From Vicugna vicugna (taxonomy: Eukaryota), in contig MU058000.1 of NCBI GenBank assembly GCA_013265495.1, forward strand, positions 2,989,905 through 3,053,904: a stretch of 64,000 nucleotides of DNA, in the 5' to 3' direction. The first letter of the stretch is position 1; the number at the start of each line of letters is the position of its first letter. The notes beneath the pieces were generated by a model. It made no database searches and had not been told where the DNA came from. It saw only the letters and a program-made list of their open reading frames with translations. Shown in pieces: positions 1 to 13,731 of the stretch. Made by a program: the position numbers and the translations under genes.

Positions 1-2132
1 AATAAAAAAAAAAAAAAAAGAACGAAAACAAAACCTCTGAGAAAAAATAACTCATACAGACAATGCAAGGACTTCCAAAATAAAACATCCAGAAGCGAGT
101 AATTAAATCTGTTGTTCTTCAACTGCACATTCTTCTGCTCATGATGTGAAAGCATCTCTTTATTGTTGGTCCCTTAATTGTCATCTAGTCACTTCCTTCT
201 AAGGCAAAATAAGAGATGTAGCTGCCCAGAGGTATGAAATGTTTTACAAACAATATCAAAGGAAAAGTCAGACCTGACCCTGGGGTTCTAATTCCCAGAC
301 TTGTTGTTTTAAAAGCACATACTTCTTTCTCATGCAATGTAGTCAAATCAATGACTTCTTTGAAAGATACAAATTACCAAAACTGACAAGAGAAGAAACA
401 GAAAATCTGAGTAGAGTTATAACAAGTGATACAATTGAAATAGTACTTAAAATCCTTCCCACAAAGGCTAATTTGAGGTGACTTAATTGGATATTCGTGT
501 GAAATCTTAAAAGAAGTCCTCACAACATCTTTCAGAAAATAGAAGAGGAAATATCTCAAAACTCATTCTATAAGGACCAGTATTATTCTGATGATACCAA
601 AGCTAGACCAAGACATCACAGGAAGATCAAACTACAGAACAATAAAATAACCCTCAGGAACACAGATGCCAAAATCCTGAAACTGATATTAGCAAACAGA
701 ACCTTACAACACATAAAAAGTACTAGATCCCATGACCAAAAGGGATTTATGTCAGAAATGCGAGATTGGTTTAAAATTGAAAAAAAAAAATCATTTCAAG
801 TAATACACCATGTTAGCAAAATAAAAAAACAGAAAGGACACAATCTTTTCAAGAAATATGTAAGAACCATTTGAAAAATCCAATGCCTATTCTTGATAAA
901 AAACAAAACAAAACAAAACTCTCAGTTAGCTAGGAATTGGAGGAAACTTTCTCAGCTTGATAGCGGCCCTTGGAAAGCTTACAGTAAACATCAGGCTTAA
1001 TGGTGGAAGACTGAATATTTCTTCCCTAAGATCAGCAGCAAAACAAACATGCCTGCTTCTGATGCTTCTATCCAGCATCGCACTGAAGGGTCCCTCTAGA
1101 CAGTGAAGTCTGGCAAGAAAAAGAAACAAAAGACATCCAGTTTGGAAAGAAGGAACTAAAACCGACTTGATTCTCAGGTGATATGATCCTCAATGCTGAA
1201 AATTCTAAAGCATCCGGAAACTCCTGCCAGAACTAATTGATAAGCTCAGTAATGTCATAATATAAGATCAATACACACAAAAAAGTCACTAGTATTCTAT
1301 ATAATAACAATAAATAATCTTTAAATACAACTTTGAAATTCCATTCATAATAGCATCAAAATGAATAAATACTTACAAATAAAGCTAACCGAAAATGCAA
1401 GACCTATACGCTAAATTTTATAAAACATTGCTGAGAGAAATCAAGCTCTAAATACATAGACATTCCATGTTTACGGATTGAAAGACCACATTGTTATGAC
1501 AACAGTTTTTTCCAGAATGTTGCTATAGATTGAATTGCATCTCTATTAAAACCCCAACAAGTTTTTTTTTTTAATAGAAATTTACAAGCTGATCCTAAAA
1601 TTCACATGGAAATTAGAAGGATCCTGGATAGGCAAAACGATTTTGAAAAGAAGAACAAAATGAACAATTTATGTTACCTGATTTCAAAACTCACTATGAA
1701 GTTACTGCAATCCAGACAGTGAGGTAATTGCTGTAGAGACTAGCATATAGATCAATGTAGAACAGAATTAACATCCGAAAATAAACTTACATTTATGGCC
1801 AACTAATTTTCAACAAAGATGCCAAAGGAATTCCTTGGGGGGATTTTCCACAAATGATGCTGGAACAGTATGAATCTCTTATAAAAGGATTATTTTAGTC
1901 CCCAGACTCATTCCATATATAAAAAAAATTGACCAGAGAACTGAAGTTATAAGCTAATACTATACTACTTATAGAGGAAAACAGGAGAAAATCTTTATGA
2001 CCTTGAGTTATGCAAGGAGTTTGTAAATATGACACCAAAACAGGAGCCATCAAAGTAAAATCAAGTGTTAAATTGGATCTCACCAAACAGAAGATGTGTG
2101 TACTTCAAGTGACATCATTATAAAATGAAAAA

Positions 2133-2462
2133 ATGGGGGTTGGGGGTAGGGTGAACAGACAGACACAGGGGATCTTTAAGGCAACAAAAATATTCTGTAT
2201 GATTCTCTCACGATGGTTACATGTTTTTATACATTTGTCCCAACCAGTAGCATGTACCACAGCAAGAATGAGCCGTATGGTAAACTATGGACTTCTAGTG
2301 ATAATGATGTGTCAATGTATGTTCATCAATTGTAACAAATGTATCACTCTGATGACCAATTGTGTATTATGGGAGAGGGTATGCATGTGTGAGGACAGTG
2401 GGCTTATGGGAAATTTCTGTATGTTCCTCTTCATTCTGGTGTGAACCTAAAACTGTTTTTGT
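2133..2462 (+). mobile_element. L1MC-type 3' end inserted into the older L1
   Basis: GTAAACTATGGACTTCTAGTGATAATGATGTGTCAATGTATGTTCATCAATTGTAACAAATGTATCACTCTG is characteristic of L1MC1-3 3' UTRs. Host L1 breaks at AAAATGAAAA and resumes at ACAAGCCACAGACTAGGAGA. Confidence 0.8.
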
Positions 2463-2611
2463 AAAAGTAAAGGAAAATGTACAAGCCACAGACTAGGAGA
2501 AATGTTTACAAATGATGTATCTGCTAAATCACGCATATCCAGACCATGTAACGAACCCATACAACTCAAAATAAGAACATAAGCAAGCCGATTACAAACT
2601 CGCAATAATGT

Positions 2612-3054
2612 TGTATCAGTTTCCTAAGGATGCTATAATGAATCACTGCAAACTAGCTGTCTTAAAACAGCAGAAATTTATTGTCTCACTAGCCTAGAGA
2701 CTTGAATTCCCAAATCAAGTACAACCATGCTCCTGCCGAAACTGGGTAGAATGCTCCTTTGCCTCTTTCTAGCTGCTTGCTGTTTGCTGACACGCCTTGA
2801 CTTTTCTCAGTTCACAGCCCCATCGCCCCAATCTCTCCTTCTGTCATCACCCAGTGTTCTTCTCTCTTATGTGTCTCTGCTTTTCTTATAAAGAGACTAG
2901 TCCTATTAGATTAAGGTCCTACCCTAACCTAGTATGAGTTCATTTTAACTTGATTACATCAACAACCCCCCTGCTTCCCAATAAGGTCACGTTCACAGGT
3001 AGCAGGGGGTAGGATTCCAAAATATCTTTTGGGGGAACACAATGAAACCCAACC
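2612..3054 (-). mobile_element. MLT1 (MLT1C-like) ERVL-MaLR solo LTR
   Basis: TGTATCAGTTTCCTAAGGATGCTATAA…CTTAAAACAGCAGAAATTTATTGTCTCAC…TAAGGTCACGTTCACAGGT…GGGGGAACACAATGAAACCCAACC. Flanked by AATGT/GATGT, a degenerate 5-bp TSD. Confidence 0.85.
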
Positions 3055-4035
3055 GATGTAAATGGACATGTCACCAAAAAGATATACAAACTGTCAATAA
3101 GCACGTGAAAAGATGTGCAACATCAATAGTTTACTAGGGTAATGCAAACTACAACTACGGTAAGATGTCACTTCATACACATCTGATTGGCTATAATAAA
3201 ATTGATAGACACTAACAAGTATTGGCAACTTGTTAGTGGAAACTAAAGAAACTGGAAACTAGGTTCATTACTGTAAGGAATGTAAAATGGTAGAAATTTG
3301 GTACTTTAGTAACATGTTAAATATAACCTTCCTATATAAGGTTATATACTGATTCCTCTCCTAGACGTCGAGAAAAGAAAAATCAAAACATATAGCTGCA
3401 TAAAGGCTTACACATGAATATTTATAGCAGCATTTACATGTGATAGCCAAGAGCCTTGAGTAATTTAAACGTCCATCGTTTGGTGAGTGGATAAGCAAAA
3501 CGTGGTTTATACACATAACAGAGTACTATTTAGCAATTAAATGGAACTTGCTACAACATGGATGCATTTTAATAACATTAAGTTAAGTGAAGGAAGGTAG
3601 ATACTTATGTTCAAAATACTACATATTGTGTGAGTCAATTTAAGTAATTTTTGGAAGACACAGATGTATAGAGACAGAAGGTCGGTGGTTTCCTGGGGCT
3701 AGGTGTAGGAGTGGGGACTGAGTGCCAAATGGGCTGTAGGCTGGAGAGATGGAAATATTCTAAAACTGGATTGTGGTGATGGTTTCACAACTTGATGAAT
3801 TTGCTAAAAACCACTTTTTGTGCATTGACAATAGGTGACTGGTATGTAAATTGAACCTCAATAGAACCATAAAAAATTTACCAGCAGGAATAATGCTTGG
3901 GAGGTATAGATGGACCCAGCCTGGGTAATATATTAATGATCATTGAAGATGGGTAATAATTAATGAGGATATGTTATGGTATTCTTTTTTACTTTAGTGC
4001 AAATTTTACATTTTTCTTGACAAAAATTTTTAATT

Positions 4036-4560
4036 AAGGAAAAAGATCAATAATATAAGCTTCTACCTCAAGAAACTTGAAAAAGAACAAATTAATAAGT
4101 GTTAAGTGTAAAGTGTAAAGAAGCAGATAAAGATAAAACCATAAATCAATAAAACTGAAACCAGAGATAAAACAGAGAACTAGCAACAAAGCCCAAAATG
4201 GCTCTTTTGAAAAGATCAATACAATTGATAAACTCCTAACACTGAAGAAAAGAGAAAAAATTTAGTAGACATCACTACATATCTTATAGGCATTAATAAG
4301 ATAATAAGAAGATGCTGTGAACAACATCACATGAATCTTAGACAAAATGAACAGGTTTTTTTTGAAAAATACATGTTATAAAAGGACACAAAAAGAAATC
4401 AGAAATCCAAATAGTAGTGTACCTGTTCAAAAATTGAATCTTTAGTTAGAAACCATCCCATGAGGAAATTTCACTTTGTTGGCTTCAACTGTGAATTCTG
4501 GCAAACATTTAAGGAAGAAATAGTATCATTGTTACACCAAAATTTTTGATAGAGGATAAG
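4036..4560 (+). mobile_element. L1 ORF2 fragment (post-endonuclease region)
   Basis: CTACCTCAAGAAACTTGAAAAAGAACAA…GCTCTTTTGAAAAGATCAATACAATTGATAAACTCCTA matches L1 ORF2 (WFFEKINKIDKPL-like). Confidence 0.8.
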
Positions 4561-4969
4561 GTGAAATATGTATATATAATTTTAGTTATAAAATCAGTAT
4601 AAACCTATTATAGAAAATTAGAATTTACATGTAAGATGAATATAAAACCTTTTATCTTTTCACTTCCATACGCCTTTTTTTACTGCCCATATTGACACAT
4701 TTTTTTCTAATTTTTGCAACTTTCTTTCATGCATAATATTCATATAGCTTAAATCAAATACCCTATATGCTATTGATGTTTATATCACTGAATAATATAA
4801 TAATATATTTTCCCTGTGCTCAGGAAAACAATGGAATACATAATATGCTATGCTATACATACAGTAACAATATATATCCAGTTTTTAGCATTTATTAACA
4901 GGATGATATATACGATTTTCTATGCATATAACTATATCACTGCATTTGAGTCTCACAAAATACTAAGCA

Positions 4970-5075
4970 ATTGCTTATTTTATAGATGTAGAAAATGAGG
5001 CAGAGAGGTTAGGTAATATGTCCAAGGCTACACAAGGGACTGGCACTTATTCTTAACCACTACACTCTACTGCTT
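4970..5075 (-). mobile_element. MIR SINE fragment
   Basis: TTTTATAGATGTAGAAAATGAGGCAGAGAGGTTAGGTAATATGTCCAAGGCTACACA is the MIR core, reverse orientation. Confidence 0.75.
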
Positions 5076-5811
5076 TCATGTCATATTCTAACATGTTTCT
5101 TCTCATTCCTAGTGTGAACATTTAGTCTTGATTATCTCTCTGTGCAAGATGACCTAGAGTTTGGATTGAGCATCCTAGTTACCGTTTTTTTTCTTCTAAG
5201 TTTTAGGCATTGCTCCTGCAGGAAAAAAAATCCATCTCAAAACATTTAGTGAATATATTTGTATCTTTCTATGGGATCCTGTTCAATTCATTGAACAGAG
5301 AATATTGCAGTTAGAAACAAGTTTTTATTTCATTTCTTGCTACATTATTTCAAATTAAATCACCTAGTTTATTCTTTATACTTTGCATTATTTATTTTTA
5401 TAGAGATAGCACAACACCTGGCATAGTAAATGTTTAATTCACATCCATTTAATTTTGAAATTTTTCTAGACTACTTTTTGTATAATTTATATTGCTTTTA
5501 TTTCTCCCATTTGGATATAAATATGCATATTATAAATATATGGATATATAATATTATATGTGTCTATCTATCCATGCCTATATGCATGTCATGTTATGTC
5601 ACATATAGTATTTATGCTTGTATATATCAGAATATATATATGGTAGAAGCCATGTCATTTTTTTAAATTTTTATTAAACAAAATCCAAGAACTTTTCAAT
5701 GCCTTACTAAAGGGTTGCCTCACAACCGAACCATCTTTTCTGGAGGGGAAGAAACCATATCATTTTATTCAAACATTTACCTAAGTGAGTCTTTCCTCTT
5801 CTTGATAATCT

Positions 5812-6075
5812 AATAAAAATAATTACTATTCATTGCAAGTTTATTGTAGGTCAAGTATTGTACCAAATAGTCTATATGTTGTGTGTGTATTATTTTATTT
5901 AATCCCTCCAGTAATTCTCTAAGGTCATTATTTTGTATAGGACAACTGAAACAGCCTTAAGTAGCTTGATGGTTTAGGTAAATTTTCCAAAGTTGCAGAT
6001 TCAACACATTCAGAATTCTAAAAGCATACTGTATGACTTCCATGTCTATAACCTGAACCGCGAAGCCATACTGTC
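5812..6075 (-). mobile_element. MIR SINE (degenerate)
   Basis: AATAATTACTATTCATTGCAAGTTTATTGTAGGTCAAGTATTGTACCAA…TTTAATCCCTCCAGTAATTCTCTAAGGT resembles the MIR 3' and core regions. Confidence 0.6.
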
Positions 6076-6165
6076 TTGATGGGAGGGACTGTCAGTCAGC
6101 AATGTCGTCGTCAACCGTTTCCCAGATTAACATGCACACATCCTTAGGCAGGTGTCATAATAAAG

Positions 6166-6338
6166 CAGTTTTCTTAACCCTGGCTGCACTTTTGAATCAT
6201 CCGAGAAGCTTTTAAACACTGAAGCCTGGGCCCCAGCTCACCCGAAGGAAAGCAGATTAATAAGATGATGGGTCTTAACATCAGTATTTTTTAAAAACAT
6301 TTTAGTGATGGAAAGCAAGGCAAGGTTGTAAACTACCA
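6166..6338. mobile_element. MER5-type hAT-Charlie MITE
   Basis: Starts CAGTTTTCTTAACCCTGGCTGCACTTTTGAATCATCC, ends AAGGTTGTAAACTACCA. 8-bp flanks TAATAAAG (6158-6165) and TAATAAAT (6339-6346) form a hAT TSD. Confidence 0.8.
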
Positions 6339-7769
6339 TAATAAATCACAGGGCATGAGTAAGCACTTTCTCACAGGTCCATGTGGCGCTTTGTTCTCAA
6401 CTTCTAATACTAAGATATTAAAGGTTCCTTTTTAGAAACAACCTGTTTGTTGGTATGACATTATTTAGTTAAGGTTTATTAGTAAGTATATTTGCAAATC
6501 CTGGCTAAAACCACATGGATGAAAATATTATCTTAAAGTTTCTATGATTCTCCATAAATAATAGGCAAAGGCGATGTCCTTATTAGAGAATGGATTAACA
6601 GCAGTGGTAGGTCATAACCATTGTTAGAACATATCAACTTGGGAAAGAATTATAGATAATACATGAATTATTAAATAGGAAATTAAATTATATGAAAAAA
6701 TCTGATCCCAGAAACTTTTAGATACAACTTCCAGAAATAAGTGGAGGTAAAGCAGGTATGCAAATAAAAAGACACTAACCAAATGTCATTTATTATTGTT
6801 ACCTGTCAGTGTCTGGGAAGAAAAAACTTAGTAAACAAAACTGGGAAAAAATACATGGAGGAGATAATGCTACACAATATAAAAGTGAAAGCAAAGCATG
6901 GTTTTCAGTGGGGAGGTAGGATGAGATAATGGCCATTGGCCAATGTGCTCCAGGGGGAAGATCGTTTATGAAGAAGAGCATCACATATTTGACTGGCATC
7001 TTCAATTTTTAGGACTTAACTCACATGCAGCCTACATTTGCTTTAAGTTATTCATTCCTAAAGGATAAACAGAACTGAATAGCTCATAGTTTCAAGTAGA
7101 AAAAGACTAATAAAATCGAGAAAATTGATCATGAGCAAACATGTATGTAAGGGAAATAGTTTGGAAAGTACAAACATCTTAGGAGGTTGACATTGTACAA
7201 CGTGTGAAGTTTGATAAGGAGTAATAGTGTAAAACTGAGAAAGAGAGAGATTAGGCTGGAAAAGTTCCTGACAGTGAGAATTATTATGTTACAGCTCAAT
7301 CACCCTGTGAACAGGTGAAAATTCTCCTGTGGTAGTTAGTGAGGACTAGAGAAGCATTCCAGCATGTATTATCGTACAGATCTGCAAAGACTAGGACAGG
7401 AGATCCATGGGATTTAATTCTAATTACACGCTTAGAGTGTGTTTAGTTTTCTCAGAATTAAGATGTTGCACTCTAATTATTGTCTTTATGCATTTACACC
7501 TTTGATTAGTAGGTTTCACACTGTACTCTGTAGAGACATCTTATGTAAGCATTGCTCCAGAATTTCTATATTATAGGGTTTTCCATTGTTGGACGTGATT
7601 GGATATGGACTGGGTCTAGGTTACTTTTCTTGAAGATGCTTTTGAATATCAAGCTCATGGCCCTCAGGTTACTCTACCTGTGGATTGGCACTACAAGTTT
7701 CTTAATCATGCTGTGCTGGTTTTGCCTGAAGGAAAACATGACCATGAAAGATGTTTATTTGATCTTTAA

Positions 7770-7849
7770 TATATATGACTGGGACATTATGCTGTACACC
7801 AGAGATTGGCACATATAGCAGACTATACTTCAAATTTTTTTTAAAAAAA
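7770..7849 (+). mobile_element. Very short camelid-type L1 3' end
   Basis: ATATGACTGGGACATTATGCTGTACACCAGAGATTGGCACATATAGCAGACTATACTTCAA followed by an A/T tail. Confidence 0.8.
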
Positions 7850-7850
7850 C

Positions 7851-8329
7851 GGAATACTACTCAGCCATAAAAAAAGAATATAATAATGCCATTTGCAGCA
7901 AAATAGATGAAACTGGAGATTGTCATTCTAAGTGAAGTAAGCCAGAAATAGAAAGAAAAATATCATATGATACCACTTATATGTGGAATATAAAAATAAA
8001 AAAAAGAGAGAGACAAACAAACTTATTTACATAACAGAAACAGACTCAGAGATATAGAAAACAAACTTATGGTTACCACAGAGGGAAAGTGGTAGAAAGA
8101 GATAAATTGGGAGTTTTAGATTTGCAGATACTAACTAATATACATAAAATAGATAAACAAGTTTATACTGTATAGTACAGGGAACCATATTCAATATCTT
8201 GTAGTAACCTATGGTGAAAAAGAATATGAAAACGAATATATGTATGTTCCTATATCAAGTATTGTGCTGTACACCAGAAATTGACACAGCACTGTCAACT
8301 GACTATACTTCAATTAAAAGAATTTTAAA
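7851..8329 (+). mobile_element. Camelid-type L1, 5'-truncated (ORF2 C-terminus plus 3' UTR)
   Basis: GGAATACTACTCAGCCATAAAAAAAGAA…GCTGTACACCAGAAATTGACACAGCACTGTCAACTGACTATACTTCAATTAAAA. Confidence 0.9.
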
Positions 8330-9516
8330 GACAGTAACTGACTTCAATGAAGTCACCTTCCTTAGGGTGACTAGGGTGGGTCTGACCGAAGGACCAGTCA
8401 AAGGTGTTGGTGACCATGACTCTTTCCCAGAATTAGAACAAAGGTTACATGTTCGGAAACAGAAAGTGCCCTGAGGTCCAACATGAGCATTTTGCTACAA
8501 AGTCAGCAGTTAAAGGTTATTTAATGCATCTCAAAACATCACATCTGGAGAGTGGATCGGTGTCAGCAATGGAAGTTGGAGCCAGAGACCAAATTTAAAA
8601 GGAGACTGGAGGGAACTAAACAGAAAGGATCTGAAAAAAGAAAGGGTCTAAAAAAACAAAGGTCGTGAAAAATAGACAAGAAAAATTCAGGCTGGTTTAA
8701 AACTGCAGAGATTATCTGAAACCCTCTTGCTTTATCCTTGAATAAAATTTTAAAAATCAAATTAAAAAACACTGTATTCAAGGAAATGGTTGGATACCTG
8801 TTGGAAAAGGGGAGGGTTGGAAAATAAGCACATATTTAGGTGCAATGGCATTGGTTATGGTCAATTTCTCATAAAGCATGGTGAGTTCTTACTTGTTCAT
8901 TTCATTATTATGCTCTATCCCTTACATGTTAAGTTATATACATCCTATAGGTATCACATATTTAATAATTAACTTTTAAAAGTTAAGAAATATTAATTCA
9001 AAACTTAGGAAACATTGTAACTCTTATTTGTACAACATCAACAAAAACAATAGCTAGCAGGTTTTGGAGCATTTCTACCATATGGGAATGGTTGCTGTTG
9101 CACTTTATATTAATTTGCTCATGGAGCTTTTCTAGTTGGGAATGAGAAAAAAGTAAAGGAGAGCAGTATCTTTAATGACAAGTTGAATTTTCAAACCTCT
9201 GGGAATGAAACGGTAAGAAATTGAAGATGATTATTCAAAAAATAAAAGTTGAAGATAATCTATCATAGCCCTTCACGCACAGTTGTTTGGAAAATCATAT
9301 TCCTGATACTCATTCGTTATTTATTCAACATCTGTCACAATCCCATTGCACATAATCATTCAAACAAAACTTGGTTGTTCTGATGCCTGATTCTGTGTTT
9401 CTTGGGCTTAGACAAGTATTCGTCCCTGTTTAGCAGGAGAACAAGGAGAAATTAGCATTTGGAAAGCCCATCTGATGTCTGACTGTGTCTAAGCAAATTT
9501 AATTTACAACGCTTAC

Positions 9517-9619
9517 TTTGCGTTCTGTAACTTTCACATCACACTGCGTTAAATCTGATGTGGAAAACACACATATTCCAGCCTCCAACAGGCACATCTG
9601 CACGTAGCAGATAATACAG
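9517..9619 (-). other. Candidate internal exon (103 nt) of an unidentified minus-strand transcript
   Basis: Minus-strand acceptor TGTTCTCTTCTTTTTCAG|CTG and donor AAA|GTAAGC, in non-repetitive sequence. No homology recognised. Confidence 0.35.
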
Positions 9620-10241
9620 CTGAAAAAGAAGAGAACAGCATAGCTTTTCTATTTGATCAGCGGTAGAGGTACTGTCACTAGGCTTTCTACATCTCTGGGG
9701 AACAGGAATTCACAAGATGCTAGAGAGAACTGCACTGAGTAAATGAAAACCAAACACAGAAATAATATCTCCAGTGTAACAGAAACACACTGTCACCTGC
9801 TACAATACCTACTGCCAAAAGCAGCGGTTGAGAATCCATCTCCTTTCCGTCCTTGCAACTGGGAGTGTCCCTGTTAAAGCTCAAGAATAAGGTGTCTGGC
9901 TGCCAGCTGTGCTTACTGAAGTGGCCTCATCCTTCATGTGATTTGACCACATGGATGAGAGCAACTCATTTCCATCGTAGCACATTTCCTACAGTGTAGA
10001 TAATACCGTGAGCCGCTGCCTTGGCAGGCATTTCTTCTTGATGGTGACAGCTACCAGTTGTTGAGAGCACAGCTTGCAGCTAAAATGTTAGCAAAAGCTT
10101 CTTGCTATCTCTCTTTTGCTGGCTGAGAGGATAAGAATTTGTAGAACAGAGTACAGTGTAAAAAGGATGCTCTTGATTGACGTAGGGGACTGGTGTGGCT
10201 TGAAACATGACCTGAACTTATTCTTTCTCAAATATCTCCAG

Positions 10242-10446
10242 CTGCAGCTCTAGAATCAACTGTGATTTTAGTCCACTTCACCAAGGACAATTCCTGGAGA
10301 CAGTTTTGATTGTCATGACTGGAAGAGGATCTGCTACTGGCACCTAGAAACCGGAGTTGTCACTACACAGCCTACACTGTACTTAGCAGCATCCCCAAGA
10401 AATAACTGGTCCAAAACATTAATGGTGCTACAGTGGAGAAACCCTG
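10242..10446 (+). mobile_element. MER20 hAT-Charlie MITE
   Basis: CTGGAGACAGTTTTGATTGTCATGACTGG…TGCTACTGGCACCTAG…GAGAAACCCTG. Perfect 8-bp TSD ATCTCCAG at 10234-10241 and 10447-10454. Confidence 0.88.
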
Positions 10447-10807
10447 ATCTCCAGGCTTCATTATGACCCTGAAGTTTGGTCCCTACGGAGTCTCTACTCA
10501 CATTCCAACTACTGGAAACCGGTAGCAAGAAGAAGTTGTCCCACAAATGCAGTTAGTGCTTGATGCATCCTAACTTGACACTTTCATGTCACTTGAGGTT
10601 GGGTTCAGACAGTCACTTCTTCAAATCTTGCTTCACAGATTTAGTTCTGGGCAAGCCCAAGGGTACTACTGATGGTAAGAACTCTGTTTTAACATAAGAA
10701 AGGCAATAAATTGCCAGGCAGGGGTGTGTGTGTTTATAAATATAGTATTATTATCTTGATACCTTAACTTTCTAAAAGTTCATTATTTAGGTGTTTTGTG
10801 TATATAT

Positions 10808-11102
10808 ATTTTTATTGAATTATAGTCAGTGTACAATGTTGTGTCAATTTCTGGTGTACAGCATAATGCCTCATCATACATGAACATATATATATAAGTT
10901 TTCATATTCTTTTCACCATAAGTTACTACAAGAGATACATACACACACACAAATATATATACAAGTTATACATACATACATATATGTATATAATATATAT
11001 ATTAGTATTTGCAAATCTCGAGATCCCAATTTTTCCCTTCCCACCCCCTTTCCCCTCTGGTAACCATAAGCTTGTTTTCTAAGTCTGTGAGTCTGTTTCT
11101 GT
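10808..11102 (-). mobile_element. Camelid-type L1 3' end with internal (CA/TA) expansion
   Basis: TTTTATTGAATTATAGTCAGTGTACAATGTTGTGTCAATTTCTGGTGTACAGC…GGTAACCATAAGCTTGTTTTCT…GAGTCTGTTTCTGT. Confidence 0.88.
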
Positions 11103-11269
11103 ATTTATTTAAAAGTCCATGATTTTGAATTAAGATTGTCCCTTACTGGAAATTACTCAATAATATTTTAAAACTTTCAAGACAGATGATCCTGGATAGT
11201 TTGTAGACCACAATTTCTAAGTATATATATATATATATACTTGTCTTAACAATAGACCCATCTCTCCTA

Positions 11270-11900
11270 TGCACATGCATTTGAGCGTCCCCCTGGCAAA
11301 TTTCAGCATGCTTGAAATTGAGTATCTCTCCTGTTACTGCAAATCCCCTTCACCCTCTATTTTATCTTAAAAATCTGACTGTCATCCTTGATTTTTCCTT
11401 CTCGCTTACTCACCAATTTATCTTCAAAACAGCTCTCCATTTCTCCTGGTTCCCACAATTCTACTTCATTTTTGGCTACTTTAATCTTTCGTCACAACTC
11501 TTCTCTTCACCTCCAGTCTCGCCCACTTCTCATACTGTGGCCTGAGTAATCTCTCTATAATTCAAGTATTATAAGTAGATTCCCCCACTGAAAACACTGA
11601 AAGAATTCTTCTCTCATTAGATTTAGTCATTGAATGAAGTTCAAACTCCTTAAAATGTTATCAAGTTTTTTTTTAATTACTGCCCAGTTTGCTCTGATTT
11701 TGCCTCCCACCTCCTTTACTCCTCAACTTAGTGATTTTTTTCTTCAGTTCCTGAGATGACCCATGCTCTCTCATGCCTCCTGATTATTTTTAATGTGACT
11801 TTTTTCATACCTGCACCCCAGCCCCAGAGTCTCTCTCCTCATCTCACATATAAAAATAGTAATTCTTCACTTGCTAATTACTGACTTCCTTAGATGTCTC
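11270..11900 (+). mobile_element. L2 LINE fragment(s)
   Basis: Pyrimidine-rich L2-like tracts: TTTCAGCATGCTTGAAATTGAG, GTCATCCTTGATTTTTCCTTCTC, GAAGTTCAAACTCCTTAAAATG. Confidence 0.6.
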
Positions 11901-11959
11901 TATAATCCTGCTTTATGGGGCATCCGTTAATATAAAATCACAAACAGATTCAACTTATT

Positions 11960-12710
11960 ATTTACGTAATCTGCAAATCTTATAGAATCCAGTGTTACTA
12001 AGTGTTGGGGAGGATGTGAATCCAGGCAAGTTATCACATACTGCTTGTGGGAATATAAATTGATTCAACAACTAGGAAGATTAATATGGAATTATCTACT
12101 AACGTGAGAATGCAAATACTAAACCACAGAAATTCATCCCCTGGGTGTATATCCCTAAAGATATTCTCACATGTTTGCTCCAGGAGATACATAAAAATTG
12201 TTCACAGTATCATTATGTGTAAACCATCTGTGGTCTGTGTACACAGTTCAATGCTCTGTAACTTACATCATCAATAGAATGACATTTCAAAATCTACAGT
12301 GTATTTTCAATATTAAACTTAAATATAAATTAATGTTCAAAAATAAATATTGAACAAAACTCATTTCATAGAATTTTAACTACCGTGAGTCAAAGCCACA
12401 CAAAATTTCACAGTGTACCTAACATATTGGTACATATATCCCTATCATTTAGGGACTTTCACATATGGAGTGAAATTATAAAGAATGTGAGTGATTTATG
12501 AATATACAGGGTATTTACTTTCGAGTGGAAAGCATGGTGTGATCAAAAAAGACACACTGAGAGCTTGAAAGCCTCTGGAACGTTCTATAACTTAAGTGAT
12601 ATGGTGCACATATGGGGTGTTTATTCTTATTTAAAAATAGCACGCATAAAATGATATATGCACTTTTACATTTGAGATAGTTCCTAATAAAATTATAAAC
12701 AAAAACCTGA
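11960..12710 (+). mobile_element. Ancient L1ME-type 3' region
   Basis: AAGTGTTGGGGAGGATGTGAA…CATACTGCTTGTGGGAATATAAATTGATTCAACAAC…AATTCATCCCCTGGGTGTATATCCCTAAAGA. Confidence 0.75.
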
Positions 12711-13585
12711 AAGGATTCTAACCATGCCAATAATTAAGTAGATCTTTATAGACCATTCTATAATTTGAAGAAGATATTCATGGGTCCAGTCTTTGAGCAG
12801 AATTAATTAAGAGATGAAAGGGAAAGTTTAAAACTATTGAGAATAATTTTGCTTCTAACTTCTTTTTAATAAAAGTGACCTTCCTAGAGATGTTAAGAGA
12901 AAACATGATGCTATAAAAGCTGAATTCATAATAGGTCAAGAGGTTTGTGGGACACACTTCAATAATTCTAATGAATTCAAATACTACAATTCATGAAAAT
13001 TAGATATCAAAGAACTGAAAGATCTTACCAAAGTAAGTCATTATCACCTTATTCATGCTTTTATTATGATTCTTACATAAATTGAAGAATCAAATGCAAG
13101 ATCATGTTTAGTTTTTCCCACAGACCATCAATTCACTGAGGATAAGAAACTTACATTATTGCAGAAGGAATGCAAAAAATGTGTGTTGAATGAATGAGAT
13201 ATTTTTAAAAATTAAAAAAATTTAGTGACCTAAAAAAATAAAAAAGATAATAAGAGAAGTATAACAAAGCTGAGAACAGATAAATGTATTTCTGATATTT
13301 TTAACTTGGGAAAAAACTGATTTCTGAAGGTAAAATTTAAGGAACTGGTCATTACTTTCTAATAAAATATAAATAACCATTTAAAATGCACTTTATGTAA
13401 ATAATTCAAGAAGAATATTATGATCTTTGGCCGTCAATGTCTATTGCATGAGATCAATTTGCACTGAAAGTCAATTTATTTGGGCTTTCAAATGGAAGAA
13501 TAGCCCTAAAAAGATTAGTTATAACAGTAGAGGCAGGACCTAACCTTTTGTGCTTAGTCTTTGTGCTTAATTCTTACTACATATT

Positions 13586-13586
13586 T

Positions 13587-13620
<34 letters not shown>

Positions 13621-13690
13621 AATATATATATGTATATATATATATACACACACATATAATATATGTGTAATATATATAATAGCTATATAT
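13586..13690. repeat. Imperfect (TA)n microsatellite
   Basis: Direct reading. Confidence 0.95.
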
Positions 13691-13731
13691 TTGTATACAT
13701 GAGCACACTTGCTGTGGCAACTTATAACTTT

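Larger units (their letters stand above)
340..3876 (+). mobile_element. Old LINE-1 (L1M/L1MB-ME type): degenerate ORF2 plus 3' UTR, interrupted by an L1MC 3' end and an MLT1 LTR
   Basis: About 363-467 translates as ERYKLPKLTREETENLSRVITSDTIEIVLKILPTK (L1 ORF2 linker). About 1170-1210 reads FSGDMILNAENSK, a decayed RT FADDMILYxENPK motif. Many stops and frameshifts. Ends GGTATGTAAATTGAACCTCAATAGAACCATAAAAAA, an L1M 3' end. Confidence 0.9.

Noticed and set aside
6374..6392. CTCF-like motif GTCCATGTGGCGCT (also CCCAGGGGGCC near 53838)
   Set aside because: Mismatches at core positions; not supportable without ChIP data or a PWM score.
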